A stretch of 64,000 bases of DNA from contig JANJGN010000100.1 of assembly GCA_026770705.1 (NCBI GenBank), positions 434,001-498,000 of the forward strand, written 5' to 3'. Source of the stretch: Isurus oxyrinchus. Taxonomy: Eukaryota. A program made the position numbers and the translations under genes. The first letter of the stretch is position 1. Each line of letters starts with the position of its first letter. Below the pieces are notes generated by a model. It saw only the letters and a program-made list of their open reading frames with translations. It was not told where the DNA came from and searched no databases. This document shows, in pieces, positions 51,811 to 63,010 of this stretch.

Positions 51811-52155
51811 TTGAGTTCCAGGTCATTACAGTCACTCTGTAAAATAAACTCTTCCTTGCATCCGCCTTGTGGAACTTGCCCAAAATCTTAAAACTCTGTC
51901 CCTTAATCCTTTCATAATCAGCTAATGGGAGCAGCTTTTATTTAACTACCTTTCTTAATCCTGTACCCCTTTATCAAATCTTCCCTCAACCTCCTTTACT
52001 CCAAGGAGAACAACCCCAGTTTCTCGAACCTCATCTTAAAGTTGAAACCCCTCATCTCTTGAACCATTCTGGTTAATCTCCTCTGTATCCTTACATCCTT
52101 CACAATGTGTCGTGATCATTGGTTTGCACAGACCCAGATGTTCTGTGTTCGTGTC

Positions 52156-52226
52156 TGTGACATCATCACACATCAACAATTACACTGTGACATCATCACA
52201 CATCGACAATTACACGGTGACATCAC
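52156..52226. repeat. ~30-bp tandem repeat (2.3 copies)
   Basis: gtgacatcatcacacatc.acaattacac repeated. Confidence 0.8.
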
Positions 52227-52771
52227 CTGTCTCCCCGGGTATTTCCTCAACTGGGAGATTTGTTCTTGACTCCAGTGTTTCTGATATCTTTCCAGCTGCA
52301 GGCTCCAGCAGGAGAGTTTAAAGTTGAAAACTGAAACTGTTTCAGAGTTGACTGTTTTTCACCATCCACCTACAATTTGGAGCTTTTAGGTCTATGTTCT
52401 ATATCTGTGAGAAGCTCCATGGCTCTGTGGCTGGTGTGGCTTCTTTACTGTGAATCTGAATCCATGCTCATCCTTTGATCTGTTTCACCTCTGCCCACCC
52501 TGATCACTTCGCTGCCATTTTTTAACTTCCCCTATCTCTAATAATGGATGTACTTGAGTTATGTTTAATATTTTACTGTTACTACTGTCGATTGTGTCTA
52601 AAGAGGTTTCCAGCACTGTCCACCCCCCCGACCATGTGCTGCTGGCTTCCCAGCTTTATCTTCCCACAGTATCATAGTCAGGAATTGCTTTTCCTGACCT
52701 AGAGTCCATTTCTATTCCACTTCTGAGCTTATATTGACCATCAAATTCTGCACCATTTTTACTCCCTGAGA

Positions 52772-53085
52772 GGAGGCGATGGTGTAATGGTATTGTCACT
52801 GGACGTGTAATCCAGAGACCAAGGAAAATATCCTGGGGACCCTGGTTCAAATCCCGTCATGGCAGATGGTGGAATTGCAATTCTATGAAAAAATTCTAGA
52901 ATTAAAAGTCTAATGATGCCCAATGATTATTGTAAAAATCCACCTGGTTCACTAATGCCCTTTAGGGAAGGAAATCTGCCGTCCTTAGTCTTGGCCTACA
53001 CGTGATTCCAGACCACAGCAGTGGTTGACTTTTAACTGCCTCTGAATACTGGCCTGAGTGATGCCCACGTGAATTTAGAAAAATC
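52772..53085 (+). mobile_element. tRNA-derived SINE
   Basis: A box (ggtgtaatgg), B box (ggttcaaatcc), core ggttcactaatgccctttagggaaggaaa, tail gcccacgtgaat. Confidence 0.7.
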
Positions 53086-53829
53086 ATTCTGCAAACCTTC
53101 AAACGTTAACTCTGTCCCTCTCCACAGATACCAGCATCTATTGTGATCCCCAGTTGCCTGTGGAGAAGATGATGTTTGACCATCTTGAATTGCTGCAGTC
53201 CATGTGGTGAAGGTGCTCTTTCAATTCGGCACTTTACAACCTTCCGGACTCAACATCGAGTTCAGCAGTTTCTGCACCAACAGAGAGTTGTCAGGATCTG
53301 GAACATTCTACCTGAAAAGGTACTGCAACCTGACTCTATCAGGAATTTTAAAAGGGAGTTGACAGGGATTTGGGATTGAGTAACTTACAGGTTTACAAAC
53401 CGAAAGTGGTTGTGTAGGACTAAACACGACAGCTCTTTCAAAGAGGCAGCACAAGCACAAAGGGTTGAATGGCCTCCTGTGCTGTAAGTTTCTATGATTC
53501 TAGGAGTTGGCCATTTAGCCCCTCGAGTCTGTCCCACCATGCAATCAGATCAGGCTGATCTGTGACCCTTTGTCTCATGTCCCTTGATTTACACCTTGTG
53601 TTAGGAAGGATCTATCAATGCCAGATTGAAACTGAACATTGATCAAGCATGAACTGCTAATTCAGGAAGACAATTCCAAACTTCTCCCAACTTTACCTGG
53701 AGAAGATTTTCCTAATCTCACCCCTGAAAGGTCTGGCTCTAATTTTTAGACCATGTTCCTCAGTCCTGGATTCCCCAACCAATGGAAATAGTTCCCCTCT
53801 ATCTACCACACCATTTCCAATTAATAACA

Positions 53830-54460
53830 TGAAAACTTCAAGAAAATCCTCCTCAATCTTCTAAATTCCAGGGAATACAAACCCCACAGTGAGATGATGA
53901 ATATTGGCAGAATGAATAGGATACTCAATGGTACAGTCCTAAAGGGTGTGTAGGGACTGAGGGAACCAGGGGTTAATGTGCATACACATTTGGAGGTGAA
54001 AGGACATATTGAGAGAGCAGTTCGCAAAATATATGAGATCATGGGTTTCATAAGCAGATTTAATGTGTATAAACACCGGGAAAATAAGCTGACCCGTTAT
54101 AAAGCTCTGGTTAGGTCACAACAGGAGTATTGCATCCAGTTCTGGTCTCCACACTTTAGGAAAGGGGTGAGGGTCCTTGAGAGGATGCGGAGGACATTTA
54201 CCAGAATGGTTCCAGGAAAAAGGGAATTCGGTTACAAAGTGAGATTGGAGAAGCTGAAGTTGTTCTTCTTGGAGTTACAGAGTTGAGGGGAGATTTGTTA
54301 GAGGTGAACAAGATTGTGACAGGTTCAGATAAGGTGGACAAAGAAAATGTTGTTTCCATTTGGTGATGGTACAAGGATTAGGAGGACACAGATTGAAGGT
54401 TATGGGTAATAGATACAGGGCAAATGCAGGGAGGAACATTTTACACAAGTGGTAATAACC
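53830..54460 (+). mobile_element. CR1 LINE 3' ORF2 fragment
   Basis: YKALVRSQQEYCIQFWSPHFRK..LERMRRTFTRMVPG. Confidence 0.8.
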
Positions 54461-55224
54461 CCGAACTCTCGCCTACGAGCAGGCTGGGGCAAGCAGCGCA
54501 GAGCGCATGTGCGGTCACCATATTTGTAGGGGGCAATGTCCAACAGGGAGCATGCGTGGGCGCCATCTTTACAGAGGCTGCAGACCCGGATGAATGACCC
54601 GCAGGAGGGACAATAAATCAGAGATAGAGTTTGGTGTGAAATCAATGGGTTGTTGTAAAACAGGAGATCAGGGTCACAGTCAGAAACAACAACAACTTCT
54701 ATTAACCTCATACATCATCCCAGTGAGCTTCACATGGAAATTATAAAACAAAGTGTGACATCCAGACACAGAAAGAGGTGTCCAAAACACTTAAACTGTC
54801 ATTTGGTTGTACGGAATTTGATTATAACTGTAAAAAGAGACAAGCTGTCAAAGATTTTCGAGTTGCACTCACCAGGACATCCACAAGAATCCCAAATTTC
54901 AAGGGAACCACAATTTCTACTGCATGAGAAAAGGGTGCAGATTGGTTGGCCAGTCAGCTCTGATTGGTTGTTGCCATAGAGAACACAGCCAGGAGCTGTC
55001 ATCCTCTGCGCTTTTGTTTAATTCCACAATAGGCCCCGTGCCTGGACTTGTTCCTTCTGCCTGCAGAGAACAGGGCCCTGTGGATGAACATACGGAGCTT
55101 CTAGCAAGTGAAAGTCATTCACATTATGAGCCCGACTGATAATTTTTGAAATGTAGTATTCTTCCCTCTATCCTGATGAGTACAAGATAAAACATTTTGA
55201 CAAAATGTCTTTTTTTATTAATAC

Positions 55225-55890
55225 TCAATTGTCTTAAAGGGGGAAAGTGTGGTAGACAGAGGGAGAGAATCTCAGAGCTTGGGGTCAAGGGAACTGAAGG
55301 CACGGACGCTAATGGTGGAGCAATTAAAACAGGGAATGCTAGAATTAGAGCTGTGCAGATACCATAGAGGGTTGTGGGTCTGCTGGAGATTGCAGAGATT
55401 AGGAGAAAGGAGGCCATGGGAGGATTTGAAAATAAGGCTGAGAATTTTAAAATCAAGTTACTGCTTGAACAGGAGGCAAGAAGGGTCAGGGAATGGGCCT
55501 AGCTGTGAGTGAAGACACAGACAGGAAAAATATGGATGTCTTCAAGGTTACAGAGGGTAGAATGTCGGAGACCAGCCAAGAGTGTGTTGGAATGGTCGAG
55601 TCTGGGGTAAAAATGGCAGTGATGAGGGTTTCAGCAGCAGATGGGACACTCCTGAGACAGGGGTGAGGTCAGGTGATATTACGGAGGTGGAAACAGGTGA
55701 TCTTAGTGATGGCACAGACATGAGGTCAGCAGCTCATTTCGAGATCAAATGTGACACCAAGTTTGTGAACAGACTGGTTTAATCTCAGACTGTTACCAGG
55801 GAGAGGGATGGAGTTGGTATCTGGGAAATGGAGATTGGAGCAGGGACTGAAAACTGTGTCTTCAGTCTGCTCAGTGTTTAATTGGAGTTA
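55225..55890 (-). mobile_element. L2-like LINE fragment
   Basis: Reverse-complement similarity to the 3'-end piece at 60090-60360 and direct similarity to 61320-61740. Confidence 0.55.
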
Positions 55891-56359
55891 ATTAGTCATC
55901 AGGAAGAGAAGCAGTAACCAGATTAGACCATGAGACTGATCCCAGGTTTAACATAGTTAGAGAGAGAGAGAAGGAAGGAAATCCTGGGAGGTTTGGAGAA
56001 ACCACCTTCACAATCACTCATTAAATCTCCACACAGTAAGTTTTGGACACAAGGTATTCTGCTATTCTGTATGGTCGGACAGGGGGTTTCAGATTAATGT
56101 TTTGTCACGAGAAATCACTGAAGTGAATGATCAAACATATTGTCACCTCCCGTTGTAGTAATTTGTTAAGAAGATTCAGAAAGAATTGTCCAAAATTCTG
56201 TTTGGATTTCAGCACAAGGAGGAGGGAGAGTGTGTGGGACAGGGATTTGCAGCTTTTGGGGAACAAGAGAGGAAAAAATGTTTCATAGAAACTAGAATTG
56301 TCTGTTCTGAATTTCTATCCTGTTCTTACAGTGATGACACTTGTAAACTCCTTTTACAG

Positions 56360-57810
56360 AGAATTAGAAGGGAGGATTTTCAGGCAGGAAACTCAAACCA
56401 AACATCACATCAAGATCTGACAGAGTCACTCGATTCATCAGGACCTGAATATCATCACCTTTGAATGTGGAGGGAGAAATGTTTGTCTGTTCTGTCTGTG
56501 GGAAAAGATTTCAAACATCAGTGTAACTGGAAAAGCACCGAGACACACTCACACCCGAGTGAGAGTGTTCCAGTGAACTGACTGTGGAAAGAGCTTTAAC
56601 CAGTTATAAAGCCTGAAATAACATCACACCATTCACAGCGGGGAGAAACTGTACGCGTGTTCTTTGTGTGGACGAGGCTTCAACTGATCATCAAACTTGG
56701 AGACACAGGGACACCTGCACCATGGAGAAACCGTGGAAATGTGAGGACTGTGGGAAAGGATTCAATTGTCCTTCCAAACTGGAAATCCATCGACGCAGTC
56801 ACACTGGGAAAAGGCTGTTCACCTGTTCCGAGTGTGGGAAGGGGTTTACTCAGTTATCCAGCCTGCTGACACACCAGCGAGTTCACACTGGAGAGAGACC
56901 GTTCACCTGCTCCGAGTGTGGGAAGGGATTCACTCAGTTATCCTCCATCTGACACACCAGCGAGTTCACACTGGAGAGAGACCGTTCACCTGCTCCGAGT
57001 GTGGGAAAGGATTCAAGTGGTTATCCCACCTGCTGACACACCAGCAAGTTCACACTGGAGAGAGACCATTCACCTGGTCCCAGTGTGGGAAGGGATTCAC
57101 TCGGTCATCAAACCTGCTGACACACCAGCGAGTTCACACTGGGGAAAGACCATTCACCTGCTCCCAGTGTCGGAAGGGATTCACTCAGTTATCCGCCCTG
57201 CTGAGACACCAGCAAGTTCACACTGAAGATAGACCATTCACCTGCATGGTATGTGGAAAAGGATTCACTGGCTCCTCTGACCTGCTGAAGCACCAGCGAA
57301 TTCACACTGAGGAGAGGCCATTCAGTTGTACTTCCTGTAGAAAGAGATTCAGGACTTCATTCAACCTCAGAGTACACCAGCGAGTTCACACTGGGGAGAG
57401 GCCTTTCACCTGCTCCAAGTGTGGGAAGGGATTCACTCAGTCATCAAACCTACTGACATACCAGCGAGTTCACTCTGGGGAGAGACCGTTCACCTGCTCC
57501 CAGTGTGGGAAGGGATTCACTCAGTCATCCCACCTGCTGAAACACCAGTGAATTCACACAAGCAGAGGCCGTTCACCTGTACTTCCTGTGGAAAAGGGAT
57601 TCAGCCTTCATTCCACCTCAGTGTACACCAGTGAATTCACATTGGAGAGAGACTGTCCACCTGCTCCGAGTGTGGAAAGGGATTCACTCATTTATCCAAC
57701 CTGTTGAGACACCAGCAAGTTCACACTGGAGAGAGGCTGTTCACCTTCTCCAAATGTGGGAAAGGATTCAGTTGGTCATCCCACCTGCTCAGACAGCAAT
57801 GAGTTCACAA
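56360..57810 (+). pseudogene. Tandem C2H2 (Kruppel-type) zinc-finger pseudogene, ~16 fingers
   Basis: ttacag| acceptor; repeated CxxCGKGF...HQRVH with TGERPF linkers; stops at 56524, 56574, 57549; frameshift near 56950; AATAAA at 57959. Confidence 0.92.
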
Positions 57811-58539
57811 GTGTGTGCAGGGGTTGGATTCAGCTGTTATTGCTGCTGTTAATCACATCCAGAACTGAACCATGTTCATTCTGATAGTTGTGGTTTGTTT
57901 CTATTGATGTTAATAATCCCTGTGACTGGGCTGAAATTTAATATCTTGATGTCTGTTAAATAAATCAGTTTTGTTTCAAACTCTCAGAATTTCGAGTCCT
58001 TGATTTCTCCAGGATAAAAGGAGACTAATTGATGTCCTGTTCCCAACTGCTCCAATTTTGGATCTTTTGTCCTTTCTAACCTTTGATTCTTTCAGTTCTC
58101 AGACCTTTGGTTACTCTCTTGGACAACTCCCAGATCCCCACACCTCCCAGAGAGCCTTGGGATCCAGGGAAGTATCAGTATTAAAAACAGAAAATGCTGG
58201 GAATAACTGATACTTTTCCAAGTGCCAATTGATTTTCTCCCAGATTATTGTCTCCAGCCTTTCCCCACCACTGATGTGAAGCTGATTGTCCTGGAATTGC
58301 TGTGTTTTTGAACAGGGGTGTAACATTTACAATCTGTCAGTCCTTTGACACCACTACTGTATAAGGAGGATTGGAAGATTGTGACCAGAGCCTCCACAAG
58401 TTCCATCTGAAGGATGCTGTCTCTGACAGTGCAGCAGTCCCTCAATGTCACCCTGGAGTGTCAGCCTAGATAATGTGCTCAGGTTTATTAATATTTCCTC
58501 TTGTTATTGATGAGGGTCATTAAGAAACAATGGACTCTT

Positions 58540-58740
58540 ATGATGTCATCCAGTCCCAGTGCGATGATGTCATCCAGTCCCAGTGCGATGATGTCATCCA
58601 GTCCCAGTGCGATATCATCCAGTCCCAGTGCGATGATGTCATCCAGTCCCAGTGTGATGATGTCATCCAGTCCCACTGTGATGATGTCATCCAGTCCCAG
58701 TGCGATGATGTCATCCATTCCCAGTGTGATGATGTCATGA
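58540..58740. repeat. 24-bp minisatellite (~8 copies)
   Basis: Unit tgatgtcatccagtcccagtgcga. Confidence 0.95.
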
Positions 58741-58914
58741 AAACTATTAAATACCAGCGGAGCCTTAGTGGTGAAAACAGTTTTGTTCGAGATGGCAGCA
58801 AGTCCATTACTGATAGATCAGCAAATGGAATTAATGGGAAAGAAAGTGAGGCAGCTCATGGACATCAGGAATAGTGTTGTGGATTATGAAAACGAGAAAC
58901 ATGTCCAGTATATG

Positions 58915-59366
58915 TCCCACCTCCCGACACTCTGCCCCATCTCCTGACACTCTGCCCCATCTCCCGACACTCTGTCCCATCTCCCGATATGGAATTCATT
59001 GCCACAGAAGGCGGTGGAGGCCAGCTCATTGAGTGTATTTAAGACCATGATAGATAGATTCTTGATTGGTAAAGGGATCAAAGGTTACAAGGAGAAGGCG
59101 GGAGAATGGGGTTGAGAAACTTATCAGCCATGATTGAACGGCGGGGCAGACTCGATGGGCTGAATGGCCTAATTTCTGCTCCTATGTCTTATGGTCTTAT
59201 GACACCCTGCACCCATCTCCCGACACTCTGTCTCCATCTCCCGACACTCTGCCCCCATCTCCCGATACTTTGCCTCCATCTCCCAACACACTGCCCCCAT
59301 CTCCCAACACTCTGCCCCCATCTCCTTACACTCTGCCCCATCTCCCGACACTCTGCCCCATCTCCT
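58915..59366. repeat. 21-bp minisatellite (ccccatctcccgacactctgc) interrupted by a CR1 3' fragment at ~58988-59200
   Basis: Same unit on both sides of tggaattcattgccacag...cttatggtcttatg. Confidence 0.85.
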
Positions 59367-60530
59367 GAGCAGTTTGTCTCTACCTCTGCTGAACCCAGGA
59401 TGCACCATGTTGAAACCAGAGGAAAGGACTGGGTGAGAAATTATAAATCACCAAGGGTGCGCACATGGGGGCTTGACAAAATATTAAGTTTCCTGTTTTT
59501 AACAATGAAACTTAAAACCAATTGATTGGAACCACTTCCAGCTCTTGTCCATTCTGACATCCCGTGGGCCAGCTCACCCTCTCACTGGGTTCATGCTGAA
59601 TGTCAATCCAGGCTGGGAGCCATTGGGTGGATGTGCAATGGGTGGATGAGTGGATGGAGGAATGTTCAGTTCACAGGGAGGGGGATGGGGGAGGGGGGTT
59701 GGTGCTGGTGGTGGGAAGTGTTCATTCTGAAGGAGTTCCACCTGAAACAGTGACTATTAACTTCTCACTTTCTAATGGTTATTGACCTGCTGTGTATTTC
59801 CCCAGGTTTGTTCTGTTCAGTTTTTCAGTATTTATATATTTTTATTTTTGCTGAAACATGTTCTTGTTCTGACACTGAAATCCAGAGGATTTTTACTCTG
59901 TTAAAGTCAATCCCCATCGAGTACACAGGAGAACTCAACTGGTTCAAACTTCTTATGGTATCAATAAACAAAAATCCTCCAAGATGTTTATTTGGGGAAT
60001 TGTTTTTCTCTGAGACCCGGGATGGTCAAACTATGTCCCAAAGTTCAGATTTGGGCCATGAGCCTGGACTATGGGGCCCACATACATGGAGCACCATTAC
60101 CGGATGTCCTTCATCCCCGATTTTAATCACTCCACCATTTGTGGCTGGGCCTTCAGCTGCCTGGACCCTAAACTTTGGAATTTCCTCCCTAAACCTCTCC
60201 ACCTTTCTAATTCACTCTCCCCATTTTGGACACACCTTATAATCGAACTCTTTGACCAAGCATTTGGTCATCTGACCTAATATGTCCTTATGCCCCTGTG
60301 AAACTTCTTGGGACAATGTATTACGTTAGAAGCTCGATATAAATATAAGTTGTTGCATTTGTTGTATTTCAGTTAGACCTGATCACTTATTGAGTCTGTA
60401 TCAGTGTAACTCAGATAGACACAGTTTGTGTCATAGTTCAGTGAGATCTGATCACTTCCTGAGTGAGTGAATCTGTATCAATGTAACTCGGATAGACACA
60501 GCTTGTTGAAACAGACCTGAGGAGAAAGAG

Positions 60531-60685
60531 ATAAAGACAAAACAAAACTGCGGATGCTGGAAATCCAAAACAAAAACAGAATTACCTGGAAAAACTCAGC
60601 AGGTCTGGCAGCATCGGCGGAGAAGAAAAGAGTTGACGTTTCGAGTCTTCATGACCCTTCGACAGTAGAGTTTTTCCAGGTAATT
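60531..60685 (-). mobile_element. Short Penelope-like tail insertion with 14-bp TSD (ctgaggagaaagag) and a small inverted terminal copy
   Basis: TSD at 60517-60530 and 60686-60699. Confidence 0.8.
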
Positions 60686-60949
60686 CTGAGGAGAAAGAGG
60701 CTCTGAATTAATCACTGGATTTTTTGTTCTCCATATTTGGGGAAAAGGTGATTCTTTCCAAACATCCAAATGACGAATCACGTCATTAAAGATGGTTTGT
60801 TGTTTTGAGCTGAATTATTTGGTAGAATTAGAGTGAAGGAGTGGGATTGACCCATAGACTGAGCCACCACTTTAAGGACAGGAAGAGAGGGAATTTGGAG
60901 AGGGTGAAAGAATTAGTAGGTGACTGGGCACTGAATCTGGAACAATGAG

Positions 60950-61268
60950 CAGAGAGGGGGAGGAGTGTGTGGGACAGGGGTTTATAGATTTGGGGGAATG
61001 AAAGGAGAAAGAATATTCCATAGAAACTAGAATAGTCTGTTCTGAATTTCTATCCTGTATTGACAGTGATGGCTTTGATCAACTCTGTTTACAGGCGATT
61101 AGAGGGAAAGGGTTTTCAGATGGGAAACTCAAACCAAAAATCTTGCAAGATCTTATAGAATCACTGAATTCATATCTGATCAGCCTCTGAATGTGGAAGG
61201 AGAATTGTTTGTTCTGTCTGTGGGGAAATATTTAAATCATCAGTGTGACTGGAAAATCAGCGGGATAC

Positions 61269-61309
<41 letters not shown>

Positions 61310-61310
61310 T
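60950..61310 (+). pseudogene. Truncated ZNF intron end and exon relic, paralogous to 56220-56560
   Basis: tagaaactagaat.gtctgttctgaatttctatcctg, aactcaaacca, tgaatgtgga.ggaga and catcagtgt.actggaaaa shared. Confidence 0.8.
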
Positions 61311-62679
61311 TGGAATCGCATCTCGGGGTCAAATCTGACATCAAGTGTGCAAAAAGTCTGGTTTAGATTCAGACAGTTGTGAGGAAGAGGAATGGAGCTG
61401 GTCGCTCGGGAATGAAAACAATGGCTTCAGTCTTCCCAATACTTAATTGGAGGAAATTTCTGCACATTCACCATTGGATATCAGACAACAGTCTGATAAT
61501 TTAACAAAAGTGGAGAGAGGTGGTGGTGAGGTAGCGCTGGGCACTGTCAGTGTACACTTGATAACTGACATTGTGTCTTCAGATGATGTCGTTGTGGGGA
61601 ACATGTTGATGAGAAATAAGAGGAGACCAAGGCTGGATCCTCTGGGAGACACCAGAGGGAACTGGGGGAGTGGGAAGGGAAGACATTCCAAGTGAATCTC
61701 TGGCTATGATTAGATAGAGAATAATGGAACCAGGAGAGATTGAGGCCGAAATGAGATGAGGCATGGTTGTATTGAATGGCGGGGCAGGCTGGAGGGGCTG
61801 AATTACCTACTCGTGCTCCTAGTTCTTATTTTCTTATGTAAGGTACATAACAGGCTGATGATAACAGTACCTGTTTTAAACAGTGAGAGACAATGAAGGA
61901 TTGGCACTGATAAAAGTGTCCTTCAACTAGCCTGGTTCCAAAATCTCATTCGAGAAATGACAAGAAAACACACTGAATTTGCTCTATGTCTTGACTTCCA
62001 ACGAACAGGATACAAGGTAAGAAAATATATTTCGCTGGATTGGGTTATAAAATGGCAGAATGAGCGTGAAAAAACAACCATGCTGTTGGGAAATATAAAA
62101 TTATAGGAAGTTGCACTTCTCGGTTTGGCGCGCTGCTTTGAAATAGTGGCTGTGATTGTTTGATCAGGAGTGATATTTCTGCTGGTTTGAACATCAAGCA
62201 GAAAAACTTATCCTTTTATCCCCCACATTTAGCCTCGCAGCATCATGCCTTTAGTCAGTTTATTCCTTGTGCCTTGCATCTTATCACTGTCCATCAGTAA
62301 CAGAAACGGAATGAGGACAACTGCAATTATTGTGGCAACAATCTGAAACTTCAGCTTGTTAATACCAGCTTTAGGTATCTTGCAACTCACCTTGGTACAT
62401 GTTTCCGTGGTGTAATTAGTTACTACATGTAACAATTGTATGAGAGGTCGGTAGATGGAGAACAGTCAAATATTTTCTCTTTTTCCCCCCTTGGATATTG
62501 ACTGCTGCACAGTTCCAGGCTTTTTATGTGTCTTTTCGCTGCCAGAAAATATTCCCTAAAACTTTCCAATGCTGCTGTTATCCATTAACTCTTCAGCTAA
62601 AAATATCTTGTTTTTTACCTCCAAATGGGACATGGAGAAAACGCGGTTGTGACGATACAAACCCGCGTTCGAATTCAGA

Positions 62680-63010
62680 AATGAGCAAGTACAGTTTAGT
62701 TCATAGACCGAAGAATCTGAGGTTGTTCTTCTGAAAGCCGAGAAGGAAAAACAGGAATTGTGATCGAGCTGATTAAAATCATGAAAGGTTCAGATAGAGA
62801 AATTAAAGAGAAACTGCTTCCAATGGATGAAGGGTCGATAACCAGATGGCACTGATTTAACATGAGAATCTGATGTACCAGAGGCAATAAGGTGTTTTAT
62901 TTAAAATGGAAAGTGATGTATTGGAAATCACTGCCTAATAGGATGGTGCAAACAGAATGGATTGCAGCCTTGAAAAGGGAAGACGGGAAGGAGGAAAATC
63001 TGCAGCAATG
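62680..63010 (+). mobile_element. CR1 LINE 3' end leading into the satellite
   Basis: aaaatcatgaaaggttcagataga...aaagagaaactgcttcca...ttggaaatcactgcct, similar to 54310-54400. Confidence 0.7.

Noticed and set aside
58488-58874. Repeat-peptide ORFs (GLDDIIAL, MMSSSPSA)
   Set aside because: Open in several frames only because the unit is 24 bp; no gene context
62401-62460. tRNA-Val-like start (gtttccgtggtgta)
   Set aside because: Only ~14 nt match and no recognisable anticodon or T arm
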